Of a stretch of 64,000 nt of DNA, positions 59,601 to 64,000 are shown in pieces. The notes under the pieces are model-generated. The model worked only from the letters and a program-made list of their open reading frames with translations, was not told where the DNA came from and did no database searches. Position 1 is the first letter of the stretch. Every line of letters starts with the position of its first letter. The position numbers and the translations under genes were made by a program. Origin of the DNA: Thermoproteota archaeon (GTDB taxonomy: Archaea; Korarchaeota; Korarchaeia; Korarchaeales; JAOZGB01); contig JAVCBU010000006.1 of assembly GCA_037917685.1 (NCBI GenBank), positions 32,001 through 96,000 of the forward strand, given 5' to 3'.

Positions 59601-59996
59601 GTATGTTTCTATCAGAAACTGAAGCACATGGTAAGAAACAAGATACATGCTAGAGCAAGGGGACAGGTTCAAATACTGACAAGACAGCCGGTAGAAGGGA
59701 GAGCGAAGGGAGGCGGATTGAGAATAGGAGAGATGGAGGAAGAGGTTTTCATAGCTTATGGGGCTTCAGCACTAATCCAAGATAGACTCTTAGATAATTC
59801 CGACAAGACAATAATATTTGTATGCATGAATTGTGGGAGAATAGCATATTACGATCGAAGGAAACGTGTGTATGTATGCGAAGAATGCAAGAGCCCAAAG
59901 GTAGTCCCGGTGGTTACGGCTTATGCTATGAAACTTCTAATCCAAGAGATGATTTCTGCAGGTATAGATGTTAGGCTGGAGGTGGAAAGGCTTTGA
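56685..59996 (+). CDS. rpoB: RNA polymerase subunit Rpo2 (B, unsplit)
   Basis: GGYFIINGSERV, SHLRR, ETPEG, GDKFATRHGQKG, NPHAIPSRMT, LTRQPVEGR. Confidence 0.97.
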   Translation: MMPIRLDVDFYPIVESYFKEKSFVDVQIESYNQFVERGLQEVIDNNRVVELGQNLRIEFGKLKILSPSIVEADGSRRTVTPMECRQRKLTYEAPMYLEAFLYDGNVEIKRQEVFIGSLPVMVKSKICVLHGLSREDLIKAKEDPLDLGGYFIINGSERVVVSREDIASNRVIVSRGTTSPLVAKVYSVRAGYRAVLTLQYKRNGEIIAQFAGINIPVTILLRALGLESDRDVTYAISSDKKVIEEFLVCLDAMPKKKGGFTVEDALDFIGRRLSPGSPREERIMFTQNRIERQLLPHIGTRRADNLKKAYYIAKMVERLIRVKLKEIPPDDKDHYKNKRIQFVGDLLQTLFRYAFVIFAWQLQFQISKKISKGLGDIDIRHFAQPQTITDRFHSALATGSWVGGATGVSQILDRTNYLATISHLRRVISPLTRTHPHFKARALHPTTWGRLCPLETPEGTSCGLVKGLASFIDATVGVEKNPIITRCIQLGVIPIERATPEMVGRLTPVYVDGLLIGLVEEPEEFIKRFNQVRREISHEINSIFDREKREVVINADAGRIRRILIPVNRIEDAIELLDDVKNGRITFSGLVKRGIIEFLDALEEEEAVVATNLREITPKHTHLDFAPYMMFGVAAGMLPYAEHNQSARDVIAANITRQGLGMYAVNWHQRMDSRAHILYYPQRPIVATKVVKLLGYDNRPSGQNLVVAVLCMDNYNTKDAVVLNKGAVDRGAARSVFFRTYEAVERRYFGGQEDRFEIPSEEEISGRRTKEAYRNLGPDGIAEPEQEVKGGDVIIGRTSPPRFIGEYLGFREAGWIARKDASIGIRYGEKGIITISMIANTGEGDRIARVVVRDNRIPELGDKFATRHGQKGVVGMIYRHDDMPFTYEGIVPDLVLNPHAIPSRMTVGQLIELLAGKVGCLEGRIVDGTPFISEPVEDLKKALIKLGFRYDGREVMYDGMTGEMLAQDIFIGVCFYQKLKHMVRNKIHARARGQVQILTRQPVEGRAKGGGLRIGEMEEEVFIAYGASALIQDRLLDNSDKTIIFVCMNCGRIAYYDRRKRVYVCEECKSPKVVPVVTAYAMKLLIQEMISAGIDVRLEVERL

Positions 59997-62900
59997 ACTA
60001 TGACCTATCTTACAGGATTAAAGCCCTAACATTCGGTTTACTGTCACCGGAGCAGATAAGGAAAATAGGAACAATAGAAATCACTAGCCCCGACACATAT
60101 GACGAAGAAGGAAGCCCCATAGAGGGCGGGGTTCTAGATCCCAGGCTTGGTGTAATCGACCCAACTCAAGTGTGCAAAACATGTGGAAACAGGATAGATC
60201 GATGTCCCGGACACTTTGGGAGAATAGAGCTAGTGAGACCAGTACTTCACGTAGGATTTGTCCGTGAGATAAGAGATATCCTGAACTCAACGTGTGCCAA
60301 TTGTAACAGAATACTTCTCCCTGAAGACGTCCTAAAGGAGTATCTAGAGAAGATGAACAAGTATATCAAGATCCACGGAGAGATCAGCCAGAAAATTATT
60401 AGGGAGGTGATAACAAAAGCATCCAAGGTTCAAAAATGCCCCCATTGCGGAAAGAAGGCTGCAAAAGTTAAAGTAGAATATGTCTATAGGTTTTACGTTG
60501 AGCACCCGAATAAGAGGAGAATATGGCCTCAGGAGATCAGAGAGCGGCTTGAAGGAATCCCTGACGACGATGTCCTCCTTCTAGGCTTCCACCCGGGTAG
60601 ATCCCGTCCAGAGAATGCTGTTTTAACGGTTATCTTAGTTCCACCTTTAAGCATTAGGCCTTCTGTAACATTAGAGACTGGAGAAAAATCCGAAGATGAC
60701 TTAACTCACAAGTTAGCTGATATTGTCAGGGTAAACCGGAAGCTCGAAAGCTTATTAGGGTCGGGGTCACCAAGCGTGTTAGTTGAGGAGACATGGGATC
60801 TCCTCCAATATCATGTCGCTACGTTATATGACAACACTATATCAGGCTTACCCCCGGCGACCCAGCATGGGAAGAGACCGATTAAGGCCATCTTCGACAG
60901 ATGGTCCGGTAAAGATGGGAGATTCCGAAACAACCTGATCGGAAAACGTGTAGATTTCTCAAGTCGGACAGTTATAACTCCAGATCCAATGATAGACATA
61001 GGCGAGGTTGGAGTACCTGTAGAGATAGCTAAAGTCCTTACGTTGCCCGAACATGTGAACGAGTACAATATTGAAGAACTCAAGGAAAGAGTGAAAAACG
61101 GGCCAGAGTATCCTGGCGCAAACTATGTTATAAGGCCTAATGGGGAAAAAGTTAAGCTAACACTCCTGGCTGATAGACAGGCTATAGCTGACGAGCTAGA
61201 CTATAATTATGTAGTAGAAAGGCACCTACAAGATGGTGACTCTGTAATTTTCAACAGGCATCCAAGCCTTCATAGACTTTCGATATTAAAACATAGGGTA
61301 AAGGTTTTGCCATACGGGACATTCAGACTAAACCCGGCAGTGTGCACCCCTTACAATGCTGACTTCGATGGGGACGAGATGAACGTACACGCCCCTCAAA
61401 GCCTCCAAGCAAGAATAGAGGGCGACGAACTTCTCGCTGTTGAGAAAAACCTTGTTTCTCCTAGAATAGGAGGTGCGATAATAGGGGGAAGTGAAGACTA
61501 TATAACAGCGGCCTATCTGATGACCTCCGAAAAGACTAAGCTTACAAAGAAAGATGCATCAAGAATACTAGTCTGGGGAGGGATATATAAGCTCCCTGAA
61601 CCTGATGAAGATGGGCTATGGAGCGGTAAAAAAATATTTTCTATGTTCCTTCCAAAAGGAATAGAGTTTAGGGGTAAAGCATCCTCATGCCGTGGATGCG
61701 AGAAGTGTCTGGAAGAGAACTGCCCATATGACGCTTATGTTGTAGTTAAAGATGGAAAGCTCATTAAAGGTGCTTTAGACACAAATACCATAGGGGTCCT
61801 GGTTAAAGCAAAGACATCCCTATTAGACACGATCATCAGAGATAAAGGGGAGGAAGCAGCGGCTGATTTCATAAGCAGGTACTTTAAGGCCTTATCCGGG
61901 TATATAAGGCTTAGAGGCACAACTATGTCTTTGAGTGATGTTGAGCTTCCACCTGAAGCGTTAAAAGAGGTCGAAGAAGTAATAGAGAAAGGTAAAAAGG
62001 ATGTAATGGAGCTTATAGAACGGGCTAAAAAAGGAAAGCTTGAAGCTATACCCGGCATGACTAAAAGGGAAACCCTTGAACGCCTTATAATGGATGTTCT
62101 ACAGAAAACCCGTGGAAAACACGAAGAAATAGTAAAGAGATACCTCAATCCGGACAGTGATCCATACATAATGGCTAGAACGAAAGCTAGAGGTTCAATC
62201 CTAAACTTGACACAAATGTCTGCATCGCTAGGGCAGCAAGCGATAAGAGGAAAGAGGGTTACGACAGGGTTCAAAGGAAGAACCCTTTCATGCTTCGTTC
62301 CCGGAGAGGATGAGGTCTTCTCCAAGGGATATGTTAAGAACAGCTATGTGAAGGGGCTAACACCAGCCGAGTTTCTCTTCCATGCAATGGCAGGTAGGGA
62401 CAGCTTAGTAGATAAAGGATTGAGAACTGCAGAGAGCGGCTATACTTACAGAAAACTTGCTAATGCTTTGAAAGATTGTATGGTTGATTATGACTTCACC
62501 GTACGAGACTCTGAAGACAACATAATACAGTTTAAATTCGGTGATGATGGCATAGATCCAGCAAAATACTTCCACGGGGAGTATACTAACTTCAGGAAAA
62601 TAGCTGAAGAATCAGTCAAGAAAGCAGGCGAAGAACAACCACTTAATCCAGAAGATATCGAAGACAAGATCTCAAAGGCGGGCTTGCCAATAACTCTTGC
62701 TAAACACCTCATAGAATTGAAGGCAGGACCCAAAGCCGTTCAATCAGCTATAAATGAAGGATTAAGAGTAAAAGAAAGGTGTATGGTACAACCTCTTCAT
62801 CCGGTTGGAATAATAGCAGCAGAAAGTGTAGCTGAGCCAGCTACCCAGATGACCCTTAGAACATTCCACACACCGGGGGTTGCCGAGCTAAACATAACCC

Positions 62901-63784
62901 TCGGCCTACCAAGACTAATAGAGCTATTTGACGCAAGAAGAAAACAAAAAACACCGAGAATGACTGTGTATTTGAAACCTAAAATAGCTAAGTCAAAGGA
63001 GGAAGCTGAAAAAATAGTTAGAAACATGGTTGAAATAAAGGTAGGCGACCTTGCCAAAATGGTGCTAACGGACTACTATGAAAGGGAGATAACAATAATT
63101 CTAGATAAATCAAGGGTTAAAAAGGCGGATGTAAAGGCTGAGGACATAGCTAAACTTCTAAATAAACTCGGAAAGGTCTCCGTAGAAAATGGTGAGATTA
63201 AGGTAAAACTACAAAAAGAAGGGTTCATAAGACAACTTAGAGATCTTAGAAGAAAGATACTTGACACGCACGTAAAGGGAATCAAAGGGATAAAGAAGGC
63301 TAGAGTAAGATTCAAAGATGGCGAGTACATTATTGAAACCGAAGGTGTAAATCTACAAAAGGTATTCGAAATAGATGGGGTAGACACAACTAAAACGACG
63401 TGTAATGATATATATGAGGTTAGAAAGGTTCTCGGGATAGAAGCCGCTAGGAATTTGCTCATAGAGGAAGTCTTAGGGGTGCTAGAGGGTCAGGGATTAG
63501 AGGTAGACAGAAGACACGTCTCTCTAATAGCGGACATAATGTGTTTCACCGGAGAGATAAGGCAAGTTGGCAGGTACGGCGTCCTTAGAGATAAGAAAGA
63601 CATTTTAGCAAGAGCTGCCTTTGAAACTACTAAGAAGGTAATACTTGACGCATCAAGGCAGGGTGTAAGGACAGAACTTAAAAGTCCTCTGGATGCTGTT
63701 ATAGTGGGGAAGCCGCCGCGAATAGGAACAGGAGGTGTGAACATATACTGGTATGTAGGTGAGATTGAAAGTGGGGCTGGATGA
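59993..63784 (+). CDS. rpoA: RNA polymerase subunit Rpo1, A' and A'' fused in one ORF
   Basis: CPGHFG, GKRVDFS.R, NADFDGDEMN, then in frame EPATQMTLRTFH, TLGLPRL.E, GIEAAR, ARAAFE, IGTG. Confidence 0.95.
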   Translation: MNYDLSYRIKALTFGLLSPEQIRKIGTIEITSPDTYDEEGSPIEGGVLDPRLGVIDPTQVCKTCGNRIDRCPGHFGRIELVRPVLHVGFVREIRDILNSTCANCNRILLPEDVLKEYLEKMNKYIKIHGEISQKIIREVITKASKVQKCPHCGKKAAKVKVEYVYRFYVEHPNKRRIWPQEIRERLEGIPDDDVLLLGFHPGRSRPENAVLTVILVPPLSIRPSVTLETGEKSEDDLTHKLADIVRVNRKLESLLGSGSPSVLVEETWDLLQYHVATLYDNTISGLPPATQHGKRPIKAIFDRWSGKDGRFRNNLIGKRVDFSSRTVITPDPMIDIGEVGVPVEIAKVLTLPEHVNEYNIEELKERVKNGPEYPGANYVIRPNGEKVKLTLLADRQAIADELDYNYVVERHLQDGDSVIFNRHPSLHRLSILKHRVKVLPYGTFRLNPAVCTPYNADFDGDEMNVHAPQSLQARIEGDELLAVEKNLVSPRIGGAIIGGSEDYITAAYLMTSEKTKLTKKDASRILVWGGIYKLPEPDEDGLWSGKKIFSMFLPKGIEFRGKASSCRGCEKCLEENCPYDAYVVVKDGKLIKGALDTNTIGVLVKAKTSLLDTIIRDKGEEAAADFISRYFKALSGYIRLRGTTMSLSDVELPPEALKEVEEVIEKGKKDVMELIERAKKGKLEAIPGMTKRETLERLIMDVLQKTRGKHEEIVKRYLNPDSDPYIMARTKARGSILNLTQMSASLGQQAIRGKRVTTGFKGRTLSCFVPGEDEVFSKGYVKNSYVKGLTPAEFLFHAMAGRDSLVDKGLRTAESGYTYRKLANALKDCMVDYDFTVRDSEDNIIQFKFGDDGIDPAKYFHGEYTNFRKIAEESVKKAGEEQPLNPEDIEDKISKAGLPITLAKHLIELKAGPKAVQSAINEGLRVKERCMVQPLHPVGIIAAESVAEPATQMTLRTFHTPGVAELNITLGLPRLIELFDARRKQKTPRMTVYLKPKIAKSKEEAEKIVRNMVEIKVGDLAKMVLTDYYEREITIILDKSRVKKADVKAEDIAKLLNKLGKVSVENGEIKVKLQKEGFIRQLRDLRRKILDTHVKGIKGIKKARVRFKDGEYIIETEGVNLQKVFEIDGVDTTKTTCNDIYEVRKVLGIEAARNLLIEEVLGVLEGQGLEVDRRHVSLIADIMCFTGEIRQVGRYGVLRDKKDILARAAFETTKKVILDASRQGVRTELKSPLDAVIVGKPPRIGTGGVNIYWYVGEIESGAG

Positions 63785-64000
63785 GGAATTAAAGATATGC
63801 TCAAAATCAGGAAAGATGATACTCGGATGCAAGGCTGTAATAAGGGATTTGGGAAGTCGAAACATCAGGTCAAAATTGATAATACTGGCTAACAACTGCC
63901 CAGAGCAGTATAGGTTAAGAATAGAGAAATTCGCAAAGTTAACTAATACCCCCGTCTTAAAATATGATGCAGGAGCACTTGAGCTCGGCAAAGCTGTAGG
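63771..64000 (+). CDS. rpl30e: 50S ribosomal protein eL30 (partial, runs off window end)
   Basis: KSGKMILG, KLIILANNCP, ELGKAV; canonical position after rpoA. Confidence 0.88.
   Translation, partial: MGLDEELKICSKSGKMILGCKAVIRDLGSRNIRSKLIILANNCPEQYRLRIEKFAKLTNTPVLKYDAGALELGKAV

Noticed and set aside
52063-63784. Inteins in DP2 or RNA polymerase subunits
   Set aside because: Lengths are normal and motifs at common insertion sites (e.g. KRRNCDGDED) are uninterrupted
290-63991. Many antisense or alternate-frame ORFs in the track (e.g. 2449-3102, 5165-5890, 61735-62325)
   Set aside because: They shadow well-supported genes, are Ser/Leu/Ile-rich as expected for antisense frames, and have no motifs

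Overview
Gene-dense core-genome region of an archaeon. It carries archaeal lipid genes (carS, egsA) and GGTGA-type ribosome-binding sites. From left to right: carS 3' end, a divergent RadA, argF, the ftsZ-secE-spt5-uL11-uL1-uL10-P1-alaS operon, a four-gene envelope/S-layer cluster around tRNA-Arg, the replication/translation superoperon (rpoL-tfs-RPA14-like-PCNA-priL-priS-gins15-L44e-S27e-aIF2a-nop10), an AAA+ ATPase, an EF-2 paralog lacking the diphthamide His followed by trmJ-uL16-csl4, housekeeping genes (egsA, ribL, endA, hjc, map, tsaC/sua5, kae1, cmk, ABCE1, acdA), a short hinge-less Smc5/6-like ATPase, a tRNA cluster with multi-intron tRNA-Tyr (3 introns) and tRNA-Lys (2 introns), secG, glyS, PolD DP2, Elf1, and the rpoH-rpoB-rpoA-L30e operon with unsplit rpoB and fused rpoA'/A''. 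PolD + FtsZ + Elf1 + fused RpoA + EF-2 paralog suggests a deep TACK/Asgard-side lineage such as a Korarchaeota-like group (inference, not tested). No CRISPR array, integrase or transposase was seen. All protein calls come from motif recognition by eye, not database searches.
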